DNA of 64,000 nt from Desulfosoma sp. (GTDB lineage: Bacteria > Desulfobacterota > Syntrophobacteria > Syntrophobacterales > DSM-9756): NCBI GenBank assembly GCA_037481835.1, contig JBBFKW010000009.1:1-64000 (forward strand), given 5' to 3'. Made by a program: the position numbers and the translations under genes. Shown here piece by piece: positions 1 through 9,843 of this stretch (positions are counted from its first letter, which is position 1; each line of letters begins with the position of its first letter). Below the pieces are notes generated by a model. The model saw nothing but the letters and a program-made list of their open reading frames with translations, did no database searches and was not told the origin of the DNA.

Positions 1-344
1 CGCCGAATGAACATAGCAGCGTGAAACTAGCACAAGGGAGAGGCGGCGTCAATAGGAATGTGTAAGTATCTACCACTACATTCGCTTTTTCGGCGGTCCT
101 GAAACCTCTTTTCAAGGACTTAGATGGGAAAAATCGCTCCAATCCCCTTTTTTTCAACATACATGCGACAAACTTGGGTTAACCATCGCCTTAGTCCCCC
201 TTTTTCATCTTTCCTTGCAACTTGCAGATTCCCCATCGTCTCGCAGGCCTTGGTGTACAGCAGTAAGAGCGGTTGGATCGCTTCAGAGGTGACAGCGCCT
301 GAGTCCTTACTGCTGTCTACACAAGGCCTTGCTCTGCCATGGTT

Positions 345-1403
345 CTAATATTTCAAGGTCTTGGGATGAATCCCTGGATCAAGCTTGATCGTTGTGAGAA
401 GGCGCACGAATTTTTCCGGCTGATCTAGATAGTTAAGGTAGTAAAGGTCCGCGCATAGTTTGTTGATTGTGCTATTTTGATATTGTTCGCAGCCTGTTTG
501 ATCAGCCCACTGGAAGCCTAGAACGAGCCCCTCCCATGTGTTTGATCCGGAATCAAAGCGAAAAATGATGTTCACGGCGTCTTCGTAAGGATGCCACGCT
601 TTTCGTTGTTCAGGAGTCGAATAGATAACTCCATAGCCACTCTTGCCGGGTGTGGCATTCAGCATCACCATCAGCGCATCCTCTTTGCACCATGGTTGGA
701 GCCCTTGGACAAACCACGACCCGGGACCGCGCCCCGAAAAGTACTTTTTGGCATACTGGGCCATTAAAATCCCTGAAGTAACCCCGGGACAGTAATGATC
801 ATGAAACTCAAAACTTCGAAAGGCATAGGCCGGAGCACCCGCGGCCACAGCGTTGGCAATGGTCACCACGGCGAACTCATTGCCTCCGAATTGAGGGGCA
901 AAAGATTCCGGATTCTTGAAAATGAAATCAGCTTTTACATTTTCAACGCTGGCGACTTTGAAGATGGATGTGGTCGCCACAACATCTCTGATAGCCTCAG
1001 AATTCACCTCCATATAGGCCATGAATCCGGAGGAATCATCATATATGGCAAACCACAAAGGGCGCTCCGGCGCGGAGTGGACCTCCACGAGGGTTTGGCT
1101 TCCACGGCTGACCCCCAAAACATCGCTCAGGCCATCCAAAGCAGCCAGACTCTGCTCGCCGTTGGGTTCGGCATATCCCGCATTGGAAAGAGCAATCCAC
1201 TTTCTTTGAAACGGCAGCGCCATGGAGCGGCTACTGATTCGCGAACGCGCTTCAGAGGCTGCCAGAGAACCGATCTGATAATACTTGTCGTAATAAACTG
1301 AGCCCATGCACGAAGGCGGAGCAACGCTTGAGGCCACCGTTGCCATGGTTGCCACCAGCACCACAATCCCAAGCCACGAAAACCCGCAAAAACGTCTTTT
1401 CAT
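345..1403 (-). CDS. Secreted FmdE-family (FwdE-like) protein
   Basis: N-terminal signal-like hydrophobic stretch; FmdE motif FHDHYCPGVTSG and PWCKEDA; ends at TAG with the frame staying open beyond it (see findings). Confidence 0.75.
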   Translation of the reverse strand: MKRRFCGFSWLGIVVLVATMATVASSVAPPSCMGSVYYDKYYQIGSLAASEARSRISSRSMALPFQRKWIALSNAGYAEPNGEQSLAALDGLSDVLGVSRGSQTLVEVHSAPERPLWFAIYDDSSGFMAYMEVNSEAIRDVVATTSIFKVASVENVKADFIFKNPESFAPQFGGNEFAVVTIANAVAAGAPAYAFRSFEFHDHYCPGVTSGILMAQYAKKYFSGRGPGSWFVQGLQPWCKEDALMVMLNATPGKSGYGVIYSTPEQRKAWHPYEDAVNIIFRFDSGSNTWEGLVLGFQWADQTGCEQYQNSTINKLCADLYYLNYLDQPEKFVRLLTTIKLDPGIHPKTLKY

Positions 1404-1560
1404 TTTCCGCTCCTTCCTGTTTGATCATTGTCTCATCCTGAAAATTCCATGTCCCCTGCCGTCTGGGCCGCGCCCCTCATCGATTGATCAAAGACTCAAC
1501 AGAGCAGAAATCGTTCGCAGCTTCATGCCTCCTACCCACTTTGACCCTCAAAGTAGGTGC

Positions 1561-1608
1561 AAAAAAAAAGGCCATGAACGCTGCTCTCCCGCAAGCCTTC
1601 ATGGCCTT
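1561..1608 (-). promoter_or_regulatory. Leader terminator/attenuator hairpin, copy 1 of the GGCCRYGAAGGC motif
   Basis: Minus strand AAGGCCATGAAGGC-TTGCGGGAGAGCAGCG-TTCATGGCC-T9; about 45 nt downstream of TTGACA (1653-1658). Confidence 0.75.
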
Positions 1609-1630
1609 ATTGATTGATAGATTCAAAATT

Positions 1631-1658
1631 AGAATAATGAAGATTGGTTTCCTGTCAA
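1631..1658 (-). promoter_or_regulatory. Putative sigma70 promoter
   Basis: TTGACA-16 nt-TATTCT on the minus strand. Confidence 0.5.
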
Positions 1659-2043
1659 GGAAAATCGAAAAAAGGCAACCCATCCCGGACAGGCTCCGGT
1701 TTCCGGCCGGGTCTCCTAAAGATTTGCGGAAACGATGCAGCGGTTGACACAGACGAAGCCGCGAAAAGAACTATGGATGATGCGCGCCAGAGGCGTGGGG
1801 TCCATCGTGCCCTCAGCATGATCTTTTCGCGGGCTCGCGGGGCAAAAGCCGTCAACATCTCAAACGGTCCTGACGCGACCCCCGTGGTCCCAGGCGCGCG
1901 AAAAACGTGGTGCCCCCAAGCTGCCCTTCAGAGCACATCGAGCGTGCAAACGACACGTTGGGCACCGCATTCCGATCATATCGGGAAAACGTCGCACGGA
2001 CAGCACGATTTTCCCGACACAAGCGCTAGGTACGCGTTGTGAC

Positions 2044-3093
2044 TCATCCTTGTTTTGCGGTGTGGCGGAATGGAAGGTCGCTCACATCGCCCAGGATGTC
2101 CATGAAGGGTTGCCGTCGCAGCCGATGGGGAAGGACCAGTTCAGCGGCGATTTCCACATCTTTTTGTTCCACCATGGTTCTTGCTTCAAAAGCCGCGTGG
2201 GTCTTGGCGCATTTGAGCATGATGATGTCCGCGCGATGACCGTCCACACCCACTTCCAGACAATAAGAGGCGATGTCGAAAAGAAGAGAACGGGCCACGC
2301 TCACGTGCGGGTAGAGGGCCCGTGCCCTCTCAATACGTTCAACCAACTTTCGTGAGGCCTCCGCCCACCGTTCCGTAAAGCCGTCTGGATCGTCATCGAA
2401 AGCCGCCCGGCGCTCCATCAAGTCCACCCGCTGCTCCACCTCCTTCAATCCTTCCACATGAATGCATAAGCCGAACCGGTCCAGCAACTGAGGGCGGAGT
2501 TCCCCTTCTTCGGGGTTCATGGTCCCGATGAGCGTAAACCTGGCGGGATGGGTGAAGCTTACCCCTTCCCTTTCAATGGTGTTGACGCCCATGGCCGCAG
2601 AATCCAAAAGGACGTCCACCACATGGTCGTCCAGCAGGTTCACTTCGTCCACATAAAGAATCCCCCGGTGCGCCGCCGCCAGGAGTCCCGGTTCCACGCG
2701 TTTTTCCCCTTTCTTGAGAGCATGCTCCAAATCCAGCGTCCCCACGACACGATCTTCCGTCGCTCCCACGGGCAATTCCACCACCCGGATTTTGCGCCGC
2801 TCCATCTCTAAAGTTTCCCCTGCCATGACCTTTCGGCTGCATGCCGTGCGCGGGCAATCGGGGCAAATCCCTTCGGGATCTCCAGAGGGAAGCTGGAACG
2901 GGCAGTCTTTGACCACTTCGATTTTCGGCAGGATATGGGCCAGGGCCCGGACGGCCGTGGACTTTCCCGTGCCCTTTTCGCCGCGAATCAGCACTCCGGA
3001 AAGCGTGGGATTGATGATGTTAAGGATGAGGGCTTGTTTCATTTTCTCTTGGCCTACCATGGCGACGAAAGGAAACAGCTTTTCCGCACTCAT
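2044..3093 (-). CDS. chlI: Class I chelatase AAA+ ATPase subunit, ChlI/BchI-like
   Basis: [18 protein letters not shown] Walker [34 protein letters not shown]. Confidence 0.9.
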   Translation of the reverse strand: MSAEKLFPFVAMVGQEKMKQALILNIINPTLSGVLIRGEKGTGKSTAVRALAHILPKIEVVKDCPFQLPSGDPEGICPDCPRTACSRKVMAGETLEMERRKIRVVELPVGATEDRVVGTLDLEHALKKGEKRVEPGLLAAAHRGILYVDEVNLLDDHVVDVLLDSAAMGVNTIEREGVSFTHPARFTLIGTMNPEEGELRPQLLDRFGLCIHVEGLKEVEQRVDLMERRAAFDDDPDGFTERWAEASRKLVERIERARALYPHVSVARSLLFDIASYCLEVGVDGHRADIIMLKCAKTHAAFEARTMVEQKDVEIAAELVLPHRLRRQPFMDILGDVSDLPFRHTAKQG

Positions 3094-5126
3094 CGGGTCA
3101 CCTCCTTGACGATATGAACAAGCGTGTCGGCCTTGAGATCATCGATGGCAAAGTAGGGGGCGTTCATCACGGCGGCGAGCTTTCGGGCCAAGCCGAACCG
3201 CACGAGGCTCGACTTTTCCGTATCCACCACGATGGGATGAATCCGTTCGTCCAAGGCCAAGCGCTCGGCCACGAGGAGCGCTTCCTCCACGGGTTTGCGC
3301 TTTCCCAGAGCCACGTTGGCCTTGCCGTCGGTGACGATGATCACGATGGGCTTGGCGGTGGGATCCCTCAACAGGACCGTTCGGGTGACTTGATAGGCTT
3401 TGATGAGCGCCCCTGAAAGGGGCGTTCGGCCTCCGACGGGCAGTTGCCGAAGGAGCCGCGCTCCCAGCTCCACCGAAGAGGTGGGAGGCAGCTGAAGCTG
3501 CGCCTCATTTTTTCGAAAGGCGATCATGGCTACCCGATCCCTCTTCTGATAGGCGTCCATCAGAAGAGACATGACGGCCCCTTTGGCGGCTTCCATCCTC
3601 CCCTGGGCCCCCATGGATCCGCTGGCGTCCACCACGAAGAGCAAGAAATTCCCCACACGGCGTTCCCGCACCTTGTGCCGCAGGTCTTCGGAGGTCAGCA
3701 CCACCGCCACTTCGTGGGAGCCTTGCGATCGTCGGGTGGGCTGGTGTGGCGCGGCGGCCCGCAGCGTGGCATCCAAAGCCACATCGGCTCCCGTTCCATG
3801 GAAGCTGCTGCGAACGTAGCGCCCTTGTTTCTGGGCGCAGCGGGTACGGCTCCTTCGTCCCGATCCCCGGCGCAGGAGGCGGTCCTTGGGGGCTGAAAAT
3901 CGGCGCACCTTGAACGTTTCCCCGATTTGAAAGACGCGCTCCAACGCGTTGTTCAATCCCTGGGACGGCTCTTCGGGCGCCCGTTCCTCTGTGGAAGGAA
4001 CGCCCGGTTGGGCGGCTCGAGGAGTTTGCGGAAACTGTAAGGTTTTTTCTTGGGTGTGCTGATTCTGCTCAACCTGGGACTCTCGGTCCGGTTCATCCTC
4101 TTGAGTAGCGTCCTCGCCGCGGGGCTCGGGCGGAGGCGGAGGAGGCGGGGGAGGAGGCGGTGCCGCACGCCTCCTGCGGTGCATGAGGACAAGAGGCGCC
4201 ACTTCCCGGATGTCTTCTATAGTCACCACACCCTTTCTCGCCAAGGCTGCGGCGGCTTTGGCCGCCTGTTCCATGACCAGCTCCGCCCGGTGCCCCGCCA
4301 CGTTCTGTTCCGCGACCAGTTCGGAGATGAAGGTGCGCAGATGTCGGGGTAATCGCACCTTGGGAAGCATTTCTCGAGCCGCCAGGATGGCCCACGCTGT
4401 GGCACGGTTTTCTTTTTCAAACTCCGCCGAAAATTCCTCGGGATCCAAATCGAACCTTTCTCGACGCACCATGAGTTCCACGCGCTGCTTGGGATCTTTT
4501 TCTCCCCAGACTTCCACACAAAGGCCGAAACGATCCAGGAGCTGCGGGCGCAGTTCCCCTTCCTCGGGGTTCATGGTCCCGACGAGAAGGAACCGAGCGG
4601 GATGCCTGAAGGAGATTCCTTCCCGTTCCACGCGGTTCCATCCCGAAGCGGCGGCATCCAAAATGAGGTCGGCGATGTAGTCGTCCAAAAGGTTCACCTC
4701 ATCCACATAAAGGATGCCTCGGTGGGCTTTGGCCAAAACGCCCGGGTGGAAGCGTCGTGCCCCCGTTTTGACGGCGTCTTCGAAATCGATCCCTCCCACG
4801 ACCCGGTCTTCGGTGGCGTTGAGGGGCAGGGTCACCACAGCAGTCCTTCGATGGAGCACGGGAAGGGGCGGTTCGAGGCGGCGACAGGCGGCACACCACT
4901 CTTCAGGCCGGTCCGGGTCACACATGAAGCCGCAGCCTTGGATGACGCGGATTTCGGGAAGAACGGCCGCAAGAGCGCGCACAGCCGTGGATTTCGCCGT
5001 GCCCTTTTCCCCGCGGATAAGCACCCCGCCCACCCCGGGATTGACAGCGCTCAGAAGAAGGGCCTTTTTAAGCTTCTCCTGGGCCACCAGGGCCGAAAAC
5101 GGATACACCCGGGCAACAGCGGACAC
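3090..5126 (-). CDS. chlD: Class I chelatase subunit D, ChlD/BchD-like (AAA + Pro-rich linker + vWA)
   Basis: AAA domain like ChlI, poly-Pro linker, vWA MIDAS DASGSM; GTG start at 5126 after AAGGAAGG. Confidence 0.9.
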   Translation of the reverse strand: MSAVARVYPFSALVAQEKLKKALLLSAVNPGVGGVLIRGEKGTAKSTAVRALAAVLPEIRVIQGCGFMCDPDRPEEWCAACRRLEPPLPVLHRRTAVVTLPLNATEDRVVGGIDFEDAVKTGARRFHPGVLAKAHRGILYVDEVNLLDDYIADLILDAAASGWNRVEREGISFRHPARFLLVGTMNPEEGELRPQLLDRFGLCVEVWGEKDPKQRVELMVRRERFDLDPEEFSAEFEKENRATAWAILAAREMLPKVRLPRHLRTFISELVAEQNVAGHRAELVMEQAAKAAAALARKGVVTIEDIREVAPLVLMHRRRRAAPPPPPPPPPPPEPRGEDATQEDEPDRESQVEQNQHTQEKTLQFPQTPRAAQPGVPSTEERAPEEPSQGLNNALERVFQIGETFKVRRFSAPKDRLLRRGSGRRSRTRCAQKQGRYVRSSFHGTGADVALDATLRAAAPHQPTRRSQGSHEVAVVLTSEDLRHKVRERRVGNFLLFVVDASGSMGAQGRMEAAKGAVMSLLMDAYQKRDRVAMIAFRKNEAQLQLPPTSSVELGARLLRQLPVGGRTPLSGALIKAYQVTRTVLLRDPTAKPIVIIVTDGKANVALGKRKPVEEALLVAERLALDERIHPIVVDTEKSSLVRFGLARKLAAVMNAPYFAIDDLKADTLVHIVKEVTR

Positions 5127-5194
5127 GTTGCACCTTCCTTTTAAATGTGAGAAACTGAACCGCCCCCGACGTTCATGATCTGGCCGACATTCTT

Positions 5195-7225
5195 TCAAAA
5201 GCTATACGTCACAGAAAGGCCCACAATGTAGTTTCTTTCGGGGATATAGCTTCCGATCTCCCTTTTCTCACGTTCATTAAAAATATTGTACACATCGAAG
5301 CTTGCTTGGATGATGTTTTTCCAATCCAGGGCAAAGCCCAGCGTGTGATACCAAAAGTCCCCTACGGTTTCCATCTGGGGGGGATTGCCCCAACTGGTGG
5401 AGGTGTAGTGACCCCGATACCTGGCCGCATAAGATGTCAGCAGCTTGAAATCGTAAGGGAGGGGTTGAACTGCTCGAAGCCCCAACGTCAGGCTGTTTCT
5501 CGGGTATCCCTCAAGAATGTCCTCGGTTTTTTCGTCGCGCGTTTCATTGTAGTTGTAGTTTAGAAAAAGCTTGGTCTTCCGGGTGAGATAATAGGCCAAT
5601 TCCACGTCAACGCCTTGGATTTCCACTTTATCGATGTTTTCCGGCTGCATGATTTGTCCGCCGGGATTGAGAGGATCCGGGAACCGCACGGACGTGATAA
5701 AATCTTCACCTTTGGTGTAGTACGGGGTTAGCCTGAAAAAGACTTTCTTGTCGAGAAAATATTGTTCTATCGACGCCTCATAAGACCACGTGGTTTCGGC
5801 CTCCAGATCGGGGTTGCCCTGATAGACAATGAAAGGAGCTATGCTCCAAGGAGGCGAAAACAGCTCGTTCAGATTGGGCGCTCGAAATCCTTTTCCGGCG
5901 GAAAGCTTAAGGTTGCCGTCTTTCCAATAGTTCCACCGCAGGGTGGCCTTGGGGGAAAACTCGCTCCCGTAAGTGTCGTAACTGTCGAAACGAGCGCCCA
6001 AAACGAGCTCGAAGTGGTCGAAAAAGGTCCAATCATATTGACCGTAGAGGGACAAAACGGTGTCGTTTTCGTCGGTCTTGAGGCCCGGCCGGCCTTGAAC
6101 ACTGAGAATCTGCCCAGTCGCTCGATCGTAAATGGCCTTTTCGGCCGTTGTGTAAACGGCCTCCGTGCCGATCGTGACAACATGATTTTCGTTCAGCCAA
6201 TAACTGGCGGACACATCGCCCCGGTAGCGATCGGCATCCGTAGTATTGACGGAGGGTCTATAAGAAAATTTGGGGACCACCTGTCCTGAGGGCAGCCGAA
6301 CCCAAGCGACGCTTTCCAAAGTCTCCCCGTAGTAGTCGTGGCCCGAGTGGAGCCAATCCACTTGGGCCCGGAGTTCCAGATTTTCCAATAGTTGACTGGT
6401 CGTCTGCAGATTCAGGTATGGCTGTATGGCGTCCTGATGGTTGTCCAGCCCCAAATTTTTCGAGATGCCTAATCCCGTCTTGCCCCGCATCCATCCCCCC
6501 GAAAAGGAAAAGACGGTGTGATCCCCGACGGATCCCGTCATCTTGCCGTGAACACGGTCATGGTTATAATCCCGATTTTGATCGTCAAGATTTTTGTCAT
6601 TGTAGAGGTAATAATTGTCGATATCCTTATGATCGTAAAAAACACCTAGGGAAAAATTTTTCCAGCTGAGGCCTCCGTCAAGGCCGTAATCCGACCGATT
6701 GAAACTGCCCGTCTCCAGCCAGGGGGTGAGGTTTTTCTTCCCCTGGCCGTCCTTGGTGATAATGTTGACGATGCCGCCGCCGGCGTTGGACCCGTAAAGC
6801 GCCGAAAAAGGCCCGCGGATGACCTCGATCCTCTGCACAGCCCTCACGGGGACGGTGGTCAGGTAGGCATAGTTGGTGAATGGCGAGTCGATGCGCTGTC
6901 CGTCCAGAAGGATGAGCGTGCTTCCGGTAAAGCCCTGGCCCCGCATGGTGAGGAGCTGGGGGGTGACCAGGCCTTCCCCCTGGGGCTCGTTAAAGGAAAC
7001 ACCGGGAAGGTCTGCGATAAGGTCGAAGACGGTGCGGGCCGGCATGGTTTGGATCTCGTCCTGATCAATCACCGTGACCACCGCGGGAATGTTTTCCAGC
7101 TTCTTCGGGGTTTTTGTCGCGGTGACCACAACGGTTTCCAGCTCATGGGCCCTTTCCGTGGATGCTCCCACGGGCGCACTCCACAACAGCAGGCAGACAC
7201 AGAGAATCCCCATGTACCCCTTCAT
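5195..7225 (-). CDS. TonB-dependent outer-membrane receptor
   Basis: Signal peptide, TonB box ETVVVTATKT, RIEVIRGPFSALYG, GNPDLEAE, C-terminal Phe; ATG 7225 after GGGAGG. Confidence 0.9.
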   Translation of the reverse strand: MKGYMGILCVCLLLWSAPVGASTERAHELETVVVTATKTPKKLENIPAVVTVIDQDEIQTMPARTVFDLIADLPGVSFNEPQGEGLVTPQLLTMRGQGFTGSTLILLDGQRIDSPFTNYAYLTTVPVRAVQRIEVIRGPFSALYGSNAGGGIVNIITKDGQGKKNLTPWLETGSFNRSDYGLDGGLSWKNFSLGVFYDHKDIDNYYLYNDKNLDDQNRDYNHDRVHGKMTGSVGDHTVFSFSGGWMRGKTGLGISKNLGLDNHQDAIQPYLNLQTTSQLLENLELRAQVDWLHSGHDYYGETLESVAWVRLPSGQVVPKFSYRPSVNTTDADRYRGDVSASYWLNENHVVTIGTEAVYTTAEKAIYDRATGQILSVQGRPGLKTDENDTVLSLYGQYDWTFFDHFELVLGARFDSYDTYGSEFSPKATLRWNYWKDGNLKLSAGKGFRAPNLNELFSPPWSIAPFIVYQGNPDLEAETTWSYEASIEQYFLDKKVFFRLTPYYTKGEDFITSVRFPDPLNPGGQIMQPENIDKVEIQGVDVELAYYLTRKTKLFLNYNYNETRDEKTEDILEGYPRNSLTLGLRAVQPLPYDFKLLTSYAARYRGHYTSTSWGNPPQMETVGDFWYHTLGFALDWKNIIQASFDVYNIFNEREKREIGSYIPERNYIVGLSVTYSF

Positions 7226-8600
7226 ACCGGCCTCCCTTTCTTTCATGGATGGTCCCCTTTTCCAGAAACAATTCCCTTTGTCCCAAAACGGCGGCGACCC
7301 TCTCATCATGCGTGGCGCTCAGAAGCGCCCCACCTTCTCCCACAAATCGGCTCAATCGCCGGATCATGAGCTTGAGGCTCCGATCATCCTGACCCACGGA
7401 AGGTTCGTCGAGGAGCAGGAGGCGAGGGCGGGCCGCCAGAGCCGCGGCCAGGGTCAACCGTCGCATCTGCCCCATGGAAAGGCTGCGCGGATGCCGATCT
7501 TTGAGGGGCTCCAGCGCCAAAAATTCGAGCTCCTCCCCCACCGCCTCGTCGTCCGACGCTCGAACCCGCACCTCTTCCCAAACCGTGGGCATGAAAAGCT
7601 GGGCCTGAGGCCATTGAAGAACCAGGGTCGCATCCGGAATCCTGCGCTTCGATGCCCTTGCGCCTACGGGAATATCGCACACGACGATGGTTCCCTTTCG
7701 GGGACAGAGCAAACCCATGGCAAGAAGAAAAACGGTGGTCTTGCCGCTCCCGTTGGCCCCGCGCAGCACCACGCTTTCTCCTGAGGCCACCTCGAAGGAC
7801 ACCTGGGAAAGGAGGGGGAAGCCGTCGGCGTCGCCGTAGCCAAACTCCACATCCTCAAAGCGCAGACACACCCGTCCCGGCGGACCCTTTGGAACGGGCG
7901 CCAGGGACTCTTGCGAAGGCGTCTGGGAGCTCAAACGCCCTTGATGAAGGTAGAAGGGCCGAACCCCGGTTGTCCTGAAAAGTTCCGGGCGATGTTCGAT
8001 AACGACTAGGCTTTTTCCCTGGTCTGCGAGGGCGCCGAGCAGATCGAGGAGCACGCCACGACTCTGTTGGTCCAGGTAGGCGCAAGGCTCGTCCAGAATA
8101 AGAAACCTCTGGTCCAGAGCGAGAAGCGCCGCGATCATGACCCGCTGCAATTCCCCGGAAGAAAGGGTTCTTAAAAGCCGGCCCCGTAATTGCTTCGCAT
8201 TGACGAAATTGAGCGCTCGCTCGATGAGGGTTTCCATGGCCTGCGGCGCCACACAGGCGTTTTCCAGTCCGAAGGCGATCTCGTCCTCCACCCGTTCGGT
8301 GAAGGCCATGGCGTTCACGTCTTGCAGCAGAAAGCCCAAAGTCCGACACGTGCGCCACAAAGGCGTTTCCCAGGGCGACCGGCCCAGGATGCGAACACTG
8401 CCGGAAACGTCCGCTTTGAGGAGTTGGGGGATTACGCCGCACAGCGCAAAAGCCAAGGTGGATTTGCCTGAACCCGTCGGACCTAAAAGAAGCGTTGTTT
8501 CTCCCTGGCGAAACTCCGCGTCCAGACCCCGCAAGGTGGGAATCGGCTGGTTGGGGTAGCGCACGCAAAGGCCCCGGACATCAATCACCGTCGCGCCCAT
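7143..8600 (-). CDS. ECF transporter tandem ATPase (A-A' fusion)
   Basis: Two Walker A motifs (GPTGSGKS, GANGSGKT), LSSGE and LSMGQ signatures, EDEIAFGLEN; start could be 8630. Confidence 0.85.
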   Translation of the reverse strand: MGATVIDVRGLCVRYPNQPIPTLRGLDAEFRQGETTLLLGPTGSGKSTLAFALCGVIPQLLKADVSGSVRILGRSPWETPLWRTCRTLGFLLQDVNAMAFTERVEDEIAFGLENACVAPQAMETLIERALNFVNAKQLRGRLLRTLSSGELQRVMIAALLALDQRFLILDEPCAYLDQQSRGVLLDLLGALADQGKSLVVIEHRPELFRTTGVRPFYLHQGRLSSQTPSQESLAPVPKGPPGRVCLRFEDVEFGYGDADGFPLLSQVSFEVASGESVVLRGANGSGKTTVFLLAMGLLCPRKGTIVVCDIPVGARASKRRIPDATLVLQWPQAQLFMPTVWEEVRVRASDDEAVGEELEFLALEPLKDRHPRSLSMGQMRRLTLAAALAARPRLLLLDEPSVGQDDRSLKLMIRRLSRFVGEGGALLSATHDERVAAVLGQRELFLEKGTIHERKGGRYEGVHGDSLCLPAVVECARGSIHGKGP

Positions 8601-9286
8601 TCCAAAACCCCGCACAATCCCATGAGACACACAACCGCGGTGAGCATCAGGCCGTCCCTAAGGCGAAACGCGGGGAATTGTCGGCACGATCGGGCAAGTC
8701 CCGGCGAAAACCCCCGAAGTTCCAGGGCCAAGGTGAGCCGTTCGGAGTAATCGAAGACGTAAAAAACCAATGGGACCACAAGACCCCTGTAGATTCGTTT
8801 CGTCAGAGGCCAGGACTTTCCCCAGAGATGAACAAAAAGCCGCAGGCGACGCACCTCTTCCGCCAGTGTGGGGAAAAAACGCCACATGAGCAGGAGGCTG
8901 ACCATCACGCCGGGCGGAACGGGCAATCGGGACAGAAAGGCGGCCAGGTCCGAGGCAGAAGTCGTCAAGGAAAAAAGAGGTATGGCAAGCAGAAAGACCA
9001 CAAGGCGCAGCGTGTAGGTCACGGCATGGGCGGGATCCTGAGCCACCAGAAAATTGGCTGCAGCAAAAGCAAGCAGCACAGAAAGCAAGGCAACTACACG
9101 CGGCAGCGAAAGGCGAGGCCGAAGGCTTGCGACGACCCCGACGACAAAAAACAGGAGGATCGCCAAAGCATGGGGGTTTTTAAGGAAAAGGGCATAGATC
9201 CCGATACCGCATCCAAGGATCACCTTGGTCAGGGGGTGGAGTCCATGGAGAAAACGAGCAGGAGTGCCGGCGATGCGCTGCATCAT
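8585..9286 (-). CDS. ECF transporter transmembrane T component (EcfT/CbiQ family)
   Basis: LHPLTK, RFFPTL, ALELRGF motifs; multiple TM helices. Confidence 0.85.
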   Translation of the reverse strand: MMQRIAGTPARFLHGLHPLTKVILGCGIGIYALFLKNPHALAILLFFVVGVVASLRPRLSLPRVVALLSVLLAFAAANFLVAQDPAHAVTYTLRLVVFLLAIPLFSLTTSASDLAAFLSRLPVPPGVMVSLLLMWRFFPTLAEEVRRLRLFVHLWGKSWPLTKRIYRGLVVPLVFYVFDYSERLTLALELRGFSPGLARSCRQFPAFRLRDGLMLTAVVCLMGLCGVLEWARR

Positions 9287-9843
9287 CGTACCGAGAGCCC
9301 CAGGTCCAATTTCCCTGCACGAGCCAGTTCCTTGGCCAACTTCAATCCGATGAGCCCGCCGGCAAGTGATGTGGCGAAGATGGCGATTTCAGCAACGACG
9401 AAAATCCAGGGCGCGATTTTGCCGTACCGCTCGGGGAGAAAGAAAAAAGACAGGAGCATGGCGAACGGAAACATGGCCATTTCGTACAGCACGGTCCCGA
9501 CGAGAGGCGCCCGAGTTCCACGATAGCCACGGAAAAGACCGCTGCAGATCAGTTCGCTCACGGCCCCACCCCCAAGGACGAACCCGAAAACCACGGGAGA
9601 TGCGGCCACAAGGCAGATAAGGGAATAGAGGCCCGTAATCAAAAGGAGAGAGCCCGGTCTTCGCAAGCGGACCAGCCCGATGACGATGAAAATAGACGCA
9701 AAGAAGGCGTTGACGGCATTCGCCAGCCCCGGGATACGCAAAGGGAGCGTTACAGGGATGACCACACTCGCCACCACAAGCAAGGCCACGGAGGTCATGG
9801 CGGCAAAGACGTATTCCCTTGTGGTCCAGTATGCGCCTTTCAT
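9283..9843 (-). CDS. ECF transporter S component (MptD-like)
   Basis: 186 aa, about 6 TM helices, RRPGS motif, coupled to EcfT and EcfA. Confidence 0.7.
   Translation of the reverse strand: MKGAYWTTREYVFAAMTSVALLVVASVVIPVTLPLRIPGLANAVNAFFASIFIVIGLVRLRRPGSLLLITGLYSLICLVAASPVVFGFVLGGGAVSELICSGLFRGYRGTRAPLVGTVLYEMAMFPFAMLLSFFFLPERYGKIAPWIFVVAEIAIFATSLAGGLIGLKLAKELARAGKLDLGLSVR

Noticed and set aside
1668..1720. GGAGACCCGGCC hairpin resembling the 3' end of a B12 riboswitch
   Set aside because: No upstream GGGAA/GCCACTG core; more likely a terminator-like structure downstream of chlI.
3950..4170. Programmed frameshift in the chlD linker, and the poly-Pro repeat
   Set aside because: chlD is one continuous frame and a separate chlI is present; the Pro tract is the normal linker.
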